From an uncultured Methylomirabilota bacterium (lineage in GTDB: Bacteria > Methylomirabilota > Methylomirabilia > Methylomirabilales > 2-02-FULL-66-22), in the NCBI GenBank assembly GCA_963845565.1, contig CAWJSJ010000002.1, positions 928,001 to 992,000 of the forward strand: a DNA stretch of 64,000 nucleotides, in the 5' to 3' direction. Positions 43,295 to 55,407 of this stretch are shown here, in pieces; the stretch's first letter is position 1; each line of letters starts with the position of its first letter. The notes under the pieces are model-generated. The model had not been told where the DNA came from. It was given only the letters and a program-made list of their open reading frames with translations, and did no database searches. Both the position numbers and the translations under genes were made by a program.

Positions 43295-43658
43295 CCTATC
43301 CTTCGGAAAGTGCCCCGCGACGAGGAGGTTCTAGGGGTGATGGCGACGGCGGATCTCCTGATCTTGGTCCTGCGGGTGCTCCCAGAGAAGCTCCGCGAGA
43401 GCCTGAATGCGGAGCGCGACCTCCCTGGGAAGAGAAGGAGCGGCCGGACACGTCTGGCTCGGCGTGCGAGAATCCGGGATCTGAACAGACAAGATCGCCG
43501 GGGGGAACGCTCGCTTATTCGTGGCGTGCGAACAAAGGGCGCGTGACGAGATTCTGGAGAGGAGGTGAGGTGTCTGGGGGGACCGAAGAGGCGGATTCTT
43601 CGGAAAGGCGAAACGACATGCATTGAAACGGTCTCAGAGAGCAGGAAGGAGGGTTCAC

Positions 43659-44262
43659 ATGAAAAAGCTGGCTGTGTTCATGATGATACCCGCCTTGGCC
43701 ATGTTCATGGTGCCGGCGCTGGCATCGGCGAATTGGTACTACTGGTGGGGCATCCAGGGGACCTGGGAGATGAGCGCTTCGGGCAGCTGTCTCCATTCGT
43801 CGGAGCCGTACGAACAAATCCGAATGGCAACTGGTGGACCGCTCCCGCTGGTTCTCAAGTCTATGCCGGTGTTACCGTGTCCAACGGCACTTGGGTTTTC
43901 AAGGCTAATGGTGCGGGAACGTATTCGCAGAGGATCTACGCCACGATCTTGCCGGGCGGCGCCGCTTCCATGAATGGCAGTTGCCGTACCTCTGGAAGTG
44001 CGTGTGATCCTCCACAATCGGTCGCGGAACCAAGCCGGTGGACTTCACCTACGAAATCACGCCTTCTGGGGATATTACAGTAACTGAGACTGTTAGCGGT
44101 ATCAAGCTTATCGGAAATATTTCAAAGGACATGAACACCATGACACTCCTCAGTGCTAATAATGTTCAGAAATTTGGAGCAAATTTCCAGTATACAATCT
44201 GTAATACGGCGCGCACCCTGATCAAGGTGCCAGAGATGCATTACCCCACAGGTCTCAGATAA
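43659..44262 (+). pseudogene. Secreted beta-rich hypothetical protein interrupted by frameshifts
   Basis: AAGGAGG RBS and signal peptide MKKLAV...ALASA; coherent segments in three frames. Confidence 0.65.
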
Positions 44263-44757
44263 GAACGCATCGGTTTGCTTGCGGACCTTTGCTAGTGCGC
44301 GGTTGCCCCACCAAACGCCCTAGCCGAGGAGGGACGAAACGAGGCAGGCACAGCGCCTTTGGATCAAGGAAGAGCAACCGGGCTCACGTTCGCGGACAAG
44401 TCGGGCAAGGCTTGGGGAGACGGAGCACTCTTCGTCGCGTTCGCCCTGTGCGCGGAGACGCAGAATCCCACTACGGGTAGTCAGCGCACTGTGGTACCGG
44501 GCCGGGGTGCGTCCAGGGGACTTATCCTCCCAGCGTTCATCCTTGACAACGCGGTCAGGCGAGGATTAACGTCCCCGCAGTAAACTCTCTGAGAACACAC
44601 GTCCGGCCCGGCGCGAGGCGAGAGCGGCGATGAATGGGCCTCGGACAGTCTCTGGCGCCCCCGTCGGCCATCTCCATGGCCAGCGGGGGCGCTTTGTCTT
44701 TGAGGAGCGCACGAAGGGTCGTTTTGCGCAAGGTCCTCGAAACGGACGGATGGGGGC

Positions 44758-45786
44758 GTGAAGATCACCCAGGCGGTACTCGGCGTCATCCTCGTAGTCG
44801 TTCTCCTCGTGTTTGCGGGACTCTACTTCGGGCAACAGCCGGGGAAGGTCTATCGGATCGGACGGCTCGGGGCGGGTGTTCCTGAAATAGACCCGCGGAT
44901 TTGCCCGTCCAAGGGCAATGCGTTCTGGAATACATGGGTCGAGGCGTTGCGGGAGCGCGGATATGTCCAGGGCCGGAATCTCGTCCTCGACTGCCGGTAT
45001 ACGGAGGGGCGGGAGGAGCGTGCCATACTCTTCGCGTCTGAACTCGTGGATCTCAAACCTGACCTCATCGTCGCCGCTGGTACCAATCAGGTCCGGGCGG
45101 TCAAGCAAGTCACCAGCTCGATCCCTATCGTCATGCATGATGTCATTGAACCCGTCAGGAGGGGACTCGTCGCCAGCCTCGCCCGCCCAGGCGGCAACGT
45201 CACGGGGGTGACGGACACTGCCGGCGTGGGAATCTATGCCAAGTATTTGCAGCTCCTCAAGGAGGCCGTCCCCACTATTTCCCGCGTGGCCATCCTCCGC
45301 TATTCGGGCTCTTTACGCGATCCCGTCTGGACGAGCGAGATGAATAAGGAGATAGAGGCAGAGGCGCGGGAACTCGGGGTCGTCCTACAGTCGTACTACG
45401 TCACGGTTCCCGAGGAGCTGGGGGCTGCCTTTGCCGCAATGACCAAGGCGAGGTCGGACGCGCTCCTCCTGTCGCCGCACCCCTCCTGGGGGACCCATAT
45501 TCAACAGATCGTCGATCTTGCCGCGCGGAGCCGGCTGCCGGCCATGTACCCCGATAAGCCGAACGTCGAGCGTGGAGGGCTCATGGCCTATACGGTGGAT
45601 TGGCTTGACACCGCGCGGCGTGTTGCGGCATACGCGGACCGAATCCTCAAGGGGGCCAAGCCGGGCGATCTACCGGTGGAGCAGCCGACCAAGTTCGAGC
45701 TGATTATCAATCTGAAGACCGCCAAGGCCCTCGGACTGACGATACCTCCGACGCTGCTCCTCCAGGCCGATGAGGTGATCCGGTAG
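44758..45786 (+). CDS. Orphan ABC_sub_bind family substrate-binding protein
   Basis: GLVASLARPGGNVTG, GGLMAY, ILKGAKPGDLPVEQPTKFELIINLKTAKALG. Confidence 0.92.
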   Translation: MKITQAVLGVILVVVLLVFAGLYFGQQPGKVYRIGRLGAGVPEIDPRICPSKGNAFWNTWVEALRERGYVQGRNLVLDCRYTEGREERAILFASELVDLKPDLIVAAGTNQVRAVKQVTSSIPIVMHDVIEPVRRGLVASLARPGGNVTGVTDTAGVGIYAKYLQLLKEAVPTISRVAILRYSGSLRDPVWTSEMNKEIEAEARELGVVLQSYYVTVPEELGAAFAAMTKARSDALLLSPHPSWGTHIQQIVDLAARSRLPAMYPDKPNVERGGLMAYTVDWLDTARRVAAYADRILKGAKPGDLPVEQPTKFELIINLKTAKALGLTIPPTLLLQADEVIR

Positions 45787-45932
45787 TAGGCTGCGGGAAA
45801 AGGCCATCGATTGAAATCGAAGTTCGAAATTCGAATTTGAGCGAGGGATGAAGATCAAGTACCCAGGACCCGCTTACGCAGCCAGGACAAGGGAAGCTCG
45901 ACAACAACCTGGTGCAATTGGGGGGGGTCGCC

Positions 45933-47371
<1,439 letters not shown>

Positions 47372-47375
<4 letters not shown>

Positions 47376-47531
47376 CAGGATGCTGAGAAACTCGTTCTTG
47401 CCCAGGCTGCTCAAAAAGGTCCAGATGCAAGGCGGCACGCCGAAGCCCGAGCGAGACGTATTGGAAGTACGTCGCAGCGAGTGTCGAGACGGGCCAACGC
47501 AGCAGATGGGCCTTTTTCAGCAGCCTGCCAG
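47372..47531 (-). mobile_element. MITE-like element, family A copy 2
   Basis: Reverse complement begins CAGGCTGCTGAAAAAGGCCCATCTGCTGCGTTGG, matching the 29804 element. Confidence 0.8.
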
Positions 47532-47539
47532 GTGATTCC

Positions 47540-49459
47540 GTGAGCGTGCAGCATCGCCTGTTCCGAAAATATGTCGTCATCTTCTTCGGCCTCGTCGGCA
47601 GCGTGCTGATCGTCAACGGTGCGATGGAGATCTATTTCTCGTATCAGGCCAACAAGGCGACGCTGGTCCGCGTGCAGGGCGAAAAGGCGGAAACCGCGGC
47701 GACGCGCATCGAGGAATTCATTCACGAAATCGTCACCGCGATCGCGTGGACGGCGCAGTCCGCCTACCTGCCGGCCGGCGAGGCCCCGCGGCAACGTTAC
47801 CTGAACTACTTGTGGCTCCTCCGGCAGGTGCCCTCCATTACCGAGGCGATGCATCTCGATGCGTCCGGGCGGGAAACGCTGCGGGTCTCGCGCCTGGCGC
47901 GCAATGTGGTCGGCAGCGGGACGGATTATTCGCAGGATCCCCGCTTCCTGGCCGCCCAGGCCGGCGCGATCTACTTCGGACCGGTCTATTTTCGCAGGGA
48001 TTCCGAACCCTACATGACCATCGCGCTTCCGCTGAAAGGTCCCGAGGCGGGGATCGCGGTCGCCGAGGTGAACCTGAAACTCTTCTGGGGTGTCATCTTG
48101 CAGGTCCGGGTCGGCGAGGCCGGGTACGCCTACGTCGTGGATTCAGGCGGCATCCTGATCGCGCATCCGGACATCGGCCTCGTCCTGCAGAAGACCGCGC
48201 TGGGCGCTCTCCCCCAGGTGCGCGCGGCCCTCGCTGCCTCGCCGCGCCCCGCGGGCCGAGGAGGCTCGGGGGCGGCGATCGGTACAGACCGGGGCGGTCG
48301 CGAGGTGTTGACCGCCCACGCGGCCGTCTCCCCGGTGGGCTGGCATGTGTTCGTGGAGCAGCCGCTCCGCGAGGCGTTTTCTCCCCTGTACGCGGCCATC
48401 CTGCGGACCGGCGCGTTGCTCCTGGTGGGCCTCGCGCTCTCCACGGTGGCCAGCCTGTTTCTTGCCCGGAGAATGCTCCGTCCGATCCAGGCGCTGCAGC
48501 AGGGGGCGGCGCGCATCGGGGCCGGATCGCTGGACGAGCGCATCACCCTGCGGACCGGGGACGAGCTGGAAGCCCTGGCAGAGCAATTCAACCGGACGGC
48601 CGCCCAGCTGCAGGAGTCGTACGCGAACCTGGAGCGCAAGGTCCAGGAACGTACGACGGACCTCGCCGAGGCGCTCCGCGCGCTGCAGGAGAAGACCCAA
48701 CAGCTTGAAATCGCCAGTCGTCACAAGTCCATCTTCCTCGCCAACATGTCCCACGAACTCCGCACCCCGATGCACGCCATCATCGGCTGCTCGGAAATCC
48801 TCCTGGATCCCTCCCTGCCCGTCACGGAGGTGGAGCGGCCGCAGTTCCTCCGGGACATTCTTGCCAGCGGCCGGCATCTCCTCGCGCTGATCAACGAAGT
48901 CCTCGACCTGTCCCGGATCGAGGCGGGCCGACTGGATCTGCGGATCGAGCCGACCGCGGTCCGTGAGGTGCTGGATGCCGTGCACGGGACGATGCGGCCG
49001 CTGGCCGCGAAGAAGCATATCCGGCTGGACCTGGAGTGCGCGGAGGACCTGGGGCTGGTTCCCATGGATGGCGTGCGGATTCGGCAGGCCCTGCTCAATC
49101 TGGTCGGCAACGCCCTCAAGTTCACGCCCGAGGGGGGACGCGTGTGGGTGCGGGGGTTCCTGTCTCACCCCGACGGGGGACTCCGGATCGAGGTCGAAGA
49201 CACGGGCCCCGGCATCCCCGAGGAGGAACGCGAGCGCATCTTCCTCGAGTTCCAGCAAGCCCCCGTCGCGCAGGGGGCCGGGCGCCCCGAAGGCGCGGGC
49301 TTGGGGCTGACCCTGGCGCGCCGCTTCGTCGAGCTGCACGGCGGTCGCCTCTGGGTCGAGAGCGAGGTGGGGCGGGGCAGCACGTTCATCGTCACGCTGC
49401 CGGCGGGCACGGCGGCGAGCACAAGCGATCCGTCAGCGCCGTCGCGGGCGCTCGTGTGA
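47540..49459 (+). CDS. Cache-HAMP sensor histidine kinase
   Basis: Two TM helices, HAMP (GDELEALAEQFN), SHELRTP, NLVGNALKFT, GLGL. Confidence 0.95.
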   Translation: MSVQHRLFRKYVVIFFGLVGSVLIVNGAMEIYFSYQANKATLVRVQGEKAETAATRIEEFIHEIVTAIAWTAQSAYLPAGEAPRQRYLNYLWLLRQVPSITEAMHLDASGRETLRVSRLARNVVGSGTDYSQDPRFLAAQAGAIYFGPVYFRRDSEPYMTIALPLKGPEAGIAVAEVNLKLFWGVILQVRVGEAGYAYVVDSGGILIAHPDIGLVLQKTALGALPQVRAALAASPRPAGRGGSGAAIGTDRGGREVLTAHAAVSPVGWHVFVEQPLREAFSPLYAAILRTGALLLVGLALSTVASLFLARRMLRPIQALQQGAARIGAGSLDERITLRTGDELEALAEQFNRTAAQLQESYANLERKVQERTTDLAEALRALQEKTQQLEIASRHKSIFLANMSHELRTPMHAIIGCSEILLDPSLPVTEVERPQFLRDILASGRHLLALINEVLDLSRIEAGRLDLRIEPTAVREVLDAVHGTMRPLAAKKHIRLDLECAEDLGLVPMDGVRIRQALLNLVGNALKFTPEGGRVWVRGFLSHPDGGLRIEVEDTGPGIPEEERERIFLEFQQAPVAQGAGRPEGAGLGLTLARRFVELHGGRLWVESEVGRGSTFIVTLPAGTAASTSDPSAPSRALV

Positions 49460-49519
49460 TCGCCGGGGCCTGCCGGGACACTGCAGTGCGCGGCGGCAAG
49501 CCCATTCCGTCGCCCGGCG

Positions 49520-49858
49520 TCAGTCGCCTTCCACGACCCGGCCCTTAAGGACCGCCCGCGCTTCCGCCAGGGCAGCCCGCCAGTCCCCAGCCGGTGCCGT
49601 CAGGGCGGTGGTCGTCCGGCCCGCGTCGCCCTCCCGCGGCGCCGGAACCTCGCAGCGCCAGCCGGGATGCGCGGGGTCGCTGACCGCGTCCCACCACACG
49701 AGGGCGGCGCCCCCGTCCCGCAGCGGAATCGCATAGGTCGCCGCACTGGCCTGGACAACCGCGGGGGTCTGCCCGGCGGCGTCGGAAACGGGGAGCGCCG
49801 CCGCCGCGAGGAGCGTCCCGCCCAACACCATGCTGCGCCACATCGTGTGCCGGGTCAT
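49520..49858 (-). CDS. Small secreted hypothetical protein
   Basis: AAGG RBS; signal-peptide-like MTRHTMWRSMVLGGTLLAAAAL. Confidence 0.55.
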   Translation of the reverse strand: MTRHTMWRSMVLGGTLLAAAALPVSDAAGQTPAVVQASAATYAIPLRDGGAALVWWDAVSDPAHPGWRCEVPAPREGDAGRTTTALTAPAGDWRAALAEARAVLKGRVVEGD

Positions 49859-49971
49859 CTGCGGGCCCTTCCGTTGTCGTCCGTGCTGTGGCGGGATGCG
49901 CCTGGGAATCGAACCTCTTGTGCCCCTTGTGCCTTTTGTGGTGAACCTTGTCGGCTCAAGCGGAAGAGAGA

Positions 49972-49986
49972 GCATCCGCCGTGCCG
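49972..49986 (-). promoter_or_regulatory. Putative sigma54 promoter
   Basis: CGGCACGGCGGATGC on minus strand; IHF-like AATCAAGGGTTT about 40 bp upstream. Confidence 0.45.
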
Positions 49987-50284
49987 GAGGAGGCTCCGTC
50001 GGCGGCCGGTCCGGCATCGCCTGAGAAATCAAGGGTTTCCACCGCCGAGCCCGGGGCGGTCGGCGAGTGTGTCTCCACGCGGCACGGCACGAGAGGAGAC
50101 AGGGCGTCTCCCCGATGCCACCCCGGCCTCCTGCGCTTCCCACTCACTGCCCGCTGCCAGCTATCATCTTCCCTTGCCCAAGCGCCCATTCTGCCCAATC
50201 GACACGCTCCGCTGCCGTCTCCGCCTGCACTCCTTTCGCCTTGACAGTCGGAGAGGGCTGGCTTAAAAAGGGAACGCACGAAAC

Positions 50285-50371
50285 GCCGGGGTGGTGAAAC
50301 TGGTAGACGCACGGGACTCAAAATCCCGCGGGCTTCGGCTCATGAGGGTTCGATTCCCTCCCCCGGCACCA
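50285..50371 (+). tRNA. tRNA-Leu(CAA)
   Basis: GCCGGGG acceptor, loop CTCAAAA, long variable arm, GGTTCGATTCC, CCA. Confidence 0.97.
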
Positions 50372-50421
50372 TTTATCTTTTCGGTAGTTACGCGATTCGC
50401 AGAAGGTGTGGTAACCGGCGT

Positions 50422-50467
50422 CTCAAAATCCCGCGGGCTTCGGCTCATGAGGGTTCGATTCCCTCCC
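50422..50467 (+). repeat. 46-bp direct duplicate of the tRNA-Leu 3' half (att-like)
   Basis: Identical to 50317-50362. Confidence 0.92.
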
Positions 50468-50974
50468 GCGATTCAAACTCTCATGATATAGCACCGAGCG
50501 TCTTCCATTGAGCCGCTTGCCTTTGTCTGATCCCTTCATTCCCATCATAAAGCTATCTCGCAGCACCCCGCGAAGGGGGCGTGCTTGGGAGAGCGCCGAT
50601 AACCGGGTGGGAAGGGCGGGATGCGATACACAAAAACGTACGAAACAGACACCCGGTGTTTTGAAGTTTGGGGCACCCAGCGCGTGGCAAGACTGATCGC
50701 AGAGGTAACGCGGCATCGTGGCCATTGCCGTTGATTGGATTGACTGACCGCTCCCCCCCGACCTTTCGGAGCTCCTCCTATATATCGTGGGCTTCCCGTC
50801 GGCCCATCCCCTCGAGTCTCGCCACAGCAATCTCGCGAATCCAGTGATTTCAAAGGGTGCAGATCTCTCTGTTCCCTCGACGCACGGTATGGACCTGTTG
50901 TTGCACCTTCCATCCCATAGAGACGTGGGATTCCGTCCGATGGGCGCTCCGAGCGAAAGAGGTCGACGAGGGCC

Positions 50975-51394
50975 ATGGTCATTTCCACCCTGCGGATTGT
51001 CACGACGCCCAAATCTCGGGTGGAGGTCATCAGGGCCCTCGCGGCCCAGTTGGGTCCGACGCGTGTGCAACCCGGCTGCCTTCGGTGCGATCTCTACCGG
51101 GATGTCGAGGACCAGGGGGCGATCACGCTGGTGGAGGAGTGGAGATCGCAGGCCGAGCTGGACCTGCGCTTACGCTCCGAGGACTACCGTTCTGTTCTCG
51201 CGGCGATCGAGTTGGCGCACGAGCAACCCATCATTCACTTCGACACGGTCACCAGACGTGGGGGTTTGGAGATCGTCGCCTCGGCCAGAGAGTTCTCGCA
51301 TGGCACCTGCAGCCTGCCGGGGCTAGGGTTGGAGTCGGGTCGTGCGGCTCCGGCCGGTCCCGGCCCCGCCTGTTGCCAACTCCCTATCGGGTGA
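50975..51394 (+). CDS. Antibiotic biosynthesis monooxygenase (ABM) family protein
   Basis: TRVQPGCLRCDLYRD...LVEEWRS. Confidence 0.8.
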   Translation: MVISTLRIVTTPKSRVEVIRALAAQLGPTRVQPGCLRCDLYRDVEDQGAITLVEEWRSQAELDLRLRSEDYRSVLAAIELAHEQPIIHFDTVTRRGGLEIVASAREFSHGTCSLPGLGLESGRAAPAGPGPACCQLPIG

Positions 51395-51470
51395 CGGTCC
51401 GCTCGGTGGACGCCGCCATGAGAGGCGGAAGGGTTCCAAAGCGGAAACCCAGATTCAGGAGGGCGCGACC

Positions 51471-51821
51471 ATGAAGCCAGAGACTGCAGCGAAGATGAAG
51501 TACGGAGTGTGGGGCCTTATTTGTGGGGCAGTCATCGCTATGATCATCGGCTTTGTGTGGGGGGGCTGGACAACCTCCGGCACGACCCAAACGATGACCA
51601 AAGAGGCGGTCGTGGCGAGCCAGGCGGCGATCTGCGTCGCCCAATTTATGAAGCAACCGAGCCCAGACGAGAAACTGAAAGCCCTCGCGGACGTAAGTAA
51701 CTGGCAGCGAGCCGAATTCATTGAAAAAGGGGGCTGGGATAAGATGCCCGGGCAAGAAAAGGCTAGCTATGCGGTCGCCCGAGCATGTGCCGATGGGCTT
51801 GAGCTTCTGATCAAGAAATGA
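51471..51821 (+). CDS. Conserved hypothetical membrane-anchored protein
   Basis: AGGAGG RBS; TM helix IGFVWGGWTT; Cys pair ICVAQF / ARACA. Confidence 0.75.
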   Translation: MKPETAAKMKYGVWGLICGAVIAMIIGFVWGGWTTSGTTQTMTKEAVVASQAAICVAQFMKQPSPDEKLKALADVSNWQRAEFIEKGGWDKMPGQEKASYAVARACADGLELLIKK

Positions 51822-52509
51822 GGACGGTGCGGGTGGGAGGCCCCTTGCCAGGGCCATCCTGGGTTCGCTTGCACGGGACCAGCGGTCCCGCGTTCGAGTG
51901 AGAAACGACGGCGCGTCGCTCGGGCCGTGGCCGGCGGCGCATGGAGAGTGTTATGCGACGCCGGAGCCGTGACAAACGCGGGCAAGGACGTCGCCACATT
52001 TGTCCGCGCCGTGCGAGGAGGATGCGCTCCCTGACTTCATCACTGCAGGACGGCACTCATGCCGACGAATGATTTTCGCTGACGATGGGCATTGCAGAGC
52101 GGAGCCGAAATCGGATCAAGTGCCCGAAGTGCACCTCGCAGAACGTCGAGCCGGTGTTTTCGATGTGTTGTGTCAAGACCGTGCGCAAGGCTCGACGGCA
52201 CGAGTGTCGCGAGCGTCGGGGCTTCCTCGGCGCTCGTGGTGTGTTACTACGCAGCGCGGAATAATGGCTACACCGCCCGCCGCGCTGCTCCGTTCGTGGG
52301 GAAGGCCCTCGCTCTTGCACTCGATGCGACGCAAGCGCTCGGCCCTCCCCACGGGCCCCTCCGAGAGGGGCGGGCCGCCGCCCCTCGTCGGACTCTCCCC
52401 GGACTGTGCGCTTCTGTTTGGCGTGTTGCCTATTTTACGCACCGCACAGTAAGAATCGGGATCCCCGCAGCATGCCAGCGCCCTTCATTGTTGGGACGGG
52501 CGATAAAAC

Positions 52510-52740
52510 GGCTTACGCCACCCACTGGCCGCTAAACGGCACAACCAGAAGCTCATGTTTCCAAGTCATTATACCGATGGGTTCGGGCCCGGTTGTCAAC
52601 CCCGCAGGAAACCCTCGCTACATCGCAACCACCTCTTCGAGCGGAATCATCATCGCACGATGTCTCAAGGGATTCAGGGTGATATCTTTGGAGGACGCTC
52701 ACCCTGGAGAACCCCACCCGTATGTAGCTGCGCCTGAACA
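52510..52740 (+). repeat. Degenerate non-coding repeat family R, long copy
   Basis: Core CCGCTAAACGGCACAACCAGAAGCTCATGTTTCCAAGTCATTATACCG; GTGATATCTTTGGAG shared with 60733. Confidence 0.75.
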
Positions 52741-53379
52741 AAAATAACAACACCTGACGGGTTCGATTCCCCTCTGGGATGAACCCAGGAATAACGAGAA
52801 CTACCCCCCGCTTCCCCCTATCTAGGGCCGGCGTAAGAATCAACAATCGCCGACGCCCGAACCGAGCGGCCCTCTTCTTTGCGCTCGCGTGTTCAGCCCT
52901 TATCGGCCTCCGGCCTTGACAGTGAGCTGCCCGCGGCGTACGCTTTCCGTACCATCACCTCCGCATCACTCGGTGTCCCGGTTGGGACGCTGGCCCTTCG
53001 TACCCCACCCGGCCACCGCGGACGATTCGGTGTTCTGCTCCTCCGACGACAGACTCGGGTCGCGACAGGGGGAGGTTCCATGGGCTCCGCGGCGCCGAAG
53101 ACGGGACTGGCCCGCACGCTATCCCTTCCGCTTAGCAGGGCCGTGCTCGCCGCTGCGTTCGCGCGGGCGGGGAGGCCGCAGGGGGGGGGCGGCTCCCGCA
53201 ACTCGGCCTCCCGGCCGTATGCCGTTGGGAAAACCTGCCCACCTCCCCGCCGCCCACACCGGAACCTCCCGCTCGCACTTGCCTCATGGCCGAAACAGCC
53301 CTGGCATCCCCCGCCGAGCGCGGGGACGACTCCGCGACACGCGGGAGGGGCAACGCGGTCACCCGCAGGAGGACTGAAG

Positions 53380-54210
53380 ATGAAATGGATCACGTTCTCT
53401 CGGAAAATGGGCACCCAGGGAACCGAAGTGGCCAAGCGAGTGGCCAGCGGCCTCGGGTATCCGCTATACGACACCAAAGCCATCAACCACATGGCCGAGG
53501 AGCTGGGCGTCTTGGGGAGTGTCAGGAAGGTCGATGAAAAGGTACCGCCCCTCTTTCAGCGGCTCTTCTCCCAGCGCCCCATGGTCTACCTCGAACGGCT
53601 CTATTCGGTCATCTATGAACTCGCCAAACAGGGCGATGCGGTCTTCCTGGGCCGGGGCAGTCATGTCCTTTTGCGGGACTTCCCGTGTGCCCTGAACGTT
53701 CGGGTAACCGCCTCCCCGGAGACCTGCCTGCGCACGTTGCTGGACCAAGGGCTCAACCGCGAGGCGGCGGCGCGCGCGATCAAACGCACGGATGATGAAC
53801 GGAGTGCGTTCGTCCAGTTCGCCTTCGGCGTAGATTGGGCGGACCCCGTGCGGTACGACCTCGTCCTTAACATGGATAAACTGAGCGTGAGTCTGGCGGT
53901 CAGCACGGTGCTGCAGATGGTGCGCTCCCCGGAATTCTCCGAGGCCTCCACGGAGGCCCTCCGCGCCTTGGACACGATGGCCCTAACCAGCCGGGCCGAG
54001 GCCGCCCTGATAGAAGCGACCTTTGGCTACGAATTCGCCACCTCCCTGTCCGTGTCCGTGGTGGCGCCGCGAAAGATCCAGGTGCGTGGAACTGTGGGCA
54101 CGGAGGCGCGGAGAGCGGAAGCCGAACAGGTCTTGCGAGCAGTGAAGGGGGTTGATGCGGTCGAGAATCTGATCGAGGTGGCGCAGGTGATCCCGATCCA
54201 AACTGTGTGA
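53380..54210 (+). CDS. Cytidylate kinase-like family protein with C-terminal BON domain
   Basis: ITFSRKMGTQG, VFLGRG, YDLVLN; BON-like VKGVDAVENLI. Confidence 0.88.
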   Translation: MKWITFSRKMGTQGTEVAKRVASGLGYPLYDTKAINHMAEELGVLGSVRKVDEKVPPLFQRLFSQRPMVYLERLYSVIYELAKQGDAVFLGRGSHVLLRDFPCALNVRVTASPETCLRTLLDQGLNREAAARAIKRTDDERSAFVQFAFGVDWADPVRYDLVLNMDKLSVSLAVSTVLQMVRSPEFSEASTEALRALDTMALTSRAEAALIEATFGYEFATSLSVSVVAPRKIQVRGTVGTEARRAEAEQVLRAVKGVDAVENLIEVAQVIPIQTV

Positions 54211-54403
54211 TGTCTCTACGGGGAGGTGGATTATGCCTGAGGCTCCCTGTCTCCTCACGCTCCATCCCCAACGCGAGCCTCGTGGGGCGCCCCGCGCGGT
54301 GTCCTCCCTCGCAGAAGGCAGAGTGACGGTGAGGCTGGTGGATGGCGGCCCGCGTGTCCTCCACAAGACCCGCGTCCACCCTCACTGAGCAGGAGGATGT
54401 AAG

Positions 54404-54898
54404 ATGGAACAGAGAACGAAGCGCAAGGCATTCTCGGGGTATCGCCGCATCCTGTGGCCGACAGACCTCTCGCGCCTCGCGAGGGCGGCGCTCCCCCACG
54501 CCCTGCAGTTGGCCGCGGGCAGCAAAGGGGAACTGGTCATCGTCCATGTCTTACCCTTGGTGGCCGCCTACGTGTCTCCCGAGATCGCGGGGCTCCCCTG
54601 GGAGCAGATCGACCGGGCGAATCGGGTGAGCGGAAAGCAGAAGCTCGACCGGATCACGAGTGCGATCAAGGCCGCGCATCCAGAGCTCCAGGTCCACAAC
54701 GTCTTGGCGAAAGGCGTGGTCTCCGAGGAGGTCCTGCGGGTGGCGAGACGCCTCCGCTGCGGCCTGATTGTGCTCGCCACCCACGGGCGCACCGGACTGA
54801 AACACGTGCTGATGGGCAGCGTGGCGGAGAATGTGGTGCGGCGCGCACCCTGTCCGGTGCTGATCGTGCGGCCGCGCGGATACACATCGCGCGGATAA
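54404..54898 (+). CDS. Universal stress protein
   Basis: ILWPTDLS, ATHGRTG, MGSVAENVVRRAPCPVL. Confidence 0.95.
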   Translation: MEQRTKRKAFSGYRRILWPTDLSRLARAALPHALQLAAGSKGELVIVHVLPLVAAYVSPEIAGLPWEQIDRANRVSGKQKLDRITSAIKAAHPELQVHNVLAKGVVSEEVLRVARRLRCGLIVLATHGRTGLKHVLMGSVAENVVRRAPCPVLIVRPRGYTSRG

Positions 54899-55407
54899 CA
54901 TCAGGCCCCGGCTGAGGGACACCAGCGGGAACTGCGAGCGGTTGGGGGAGATCACCGCACGCCATCGTCTGGGTGCCCTAAGCCAAGGAGCTGCCTGTGG
55001 TCCGTAAGAACTCCATCTGGGGTTGCGGATGTTGGGGCAGTCGGCATAGGTATTCAATCAGTGGACGTTGTCGGGGATTCTCGGGGAGCAGGCCCACGCA
55101 GCGATAATGTCGGGGTGGGACACTCGGTGGGGGCAGGCCAGCCGGCGCACCCAGAGTCGGTCGCGACCTGCAGGCCATGGCCCGCCCGCGCGGACCGACC
55201 AAAATGCCGCATTGACCCACCTCGACTCGTGGGGTACGTTCCTTGGAAATCCGGACCAGTTACAACGCGTTCGCCTCCCGGAAGTCAATCCCCACGGGGC
55301 GTGCCATGATCATGCAACCAGGATACAGCGGGAACCACGAAGCTACCGGGTCGGACTTCCCTGCCAGGGGCGGCATCAACCGCCAGCCAACGAATAAAGC
55401 GCACCAG

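Noticed and set aside
43340..43546. 68-aa Arg-rich ORF after the sigma54 site
   Set aside because: Has an RBS-like GAGGAGG but no recognisable features; not supportable as a gene.
44290..44495. Possible degenerate MITE (AGTGCGC...GCGCACT ends)
   Set aside because: Inverted match is too short to support.
50422..50467. Second tRNA-Leu gene
   Set aside because: Lacks the 5' acceptor strand, D-arm and CCA end; it is only a partial duplicate.
51822..53379. Several short ORFs in the island intergenic region
   Set aside because: No RBS, codon bias or motif support; they overlap the non-coding repeat.
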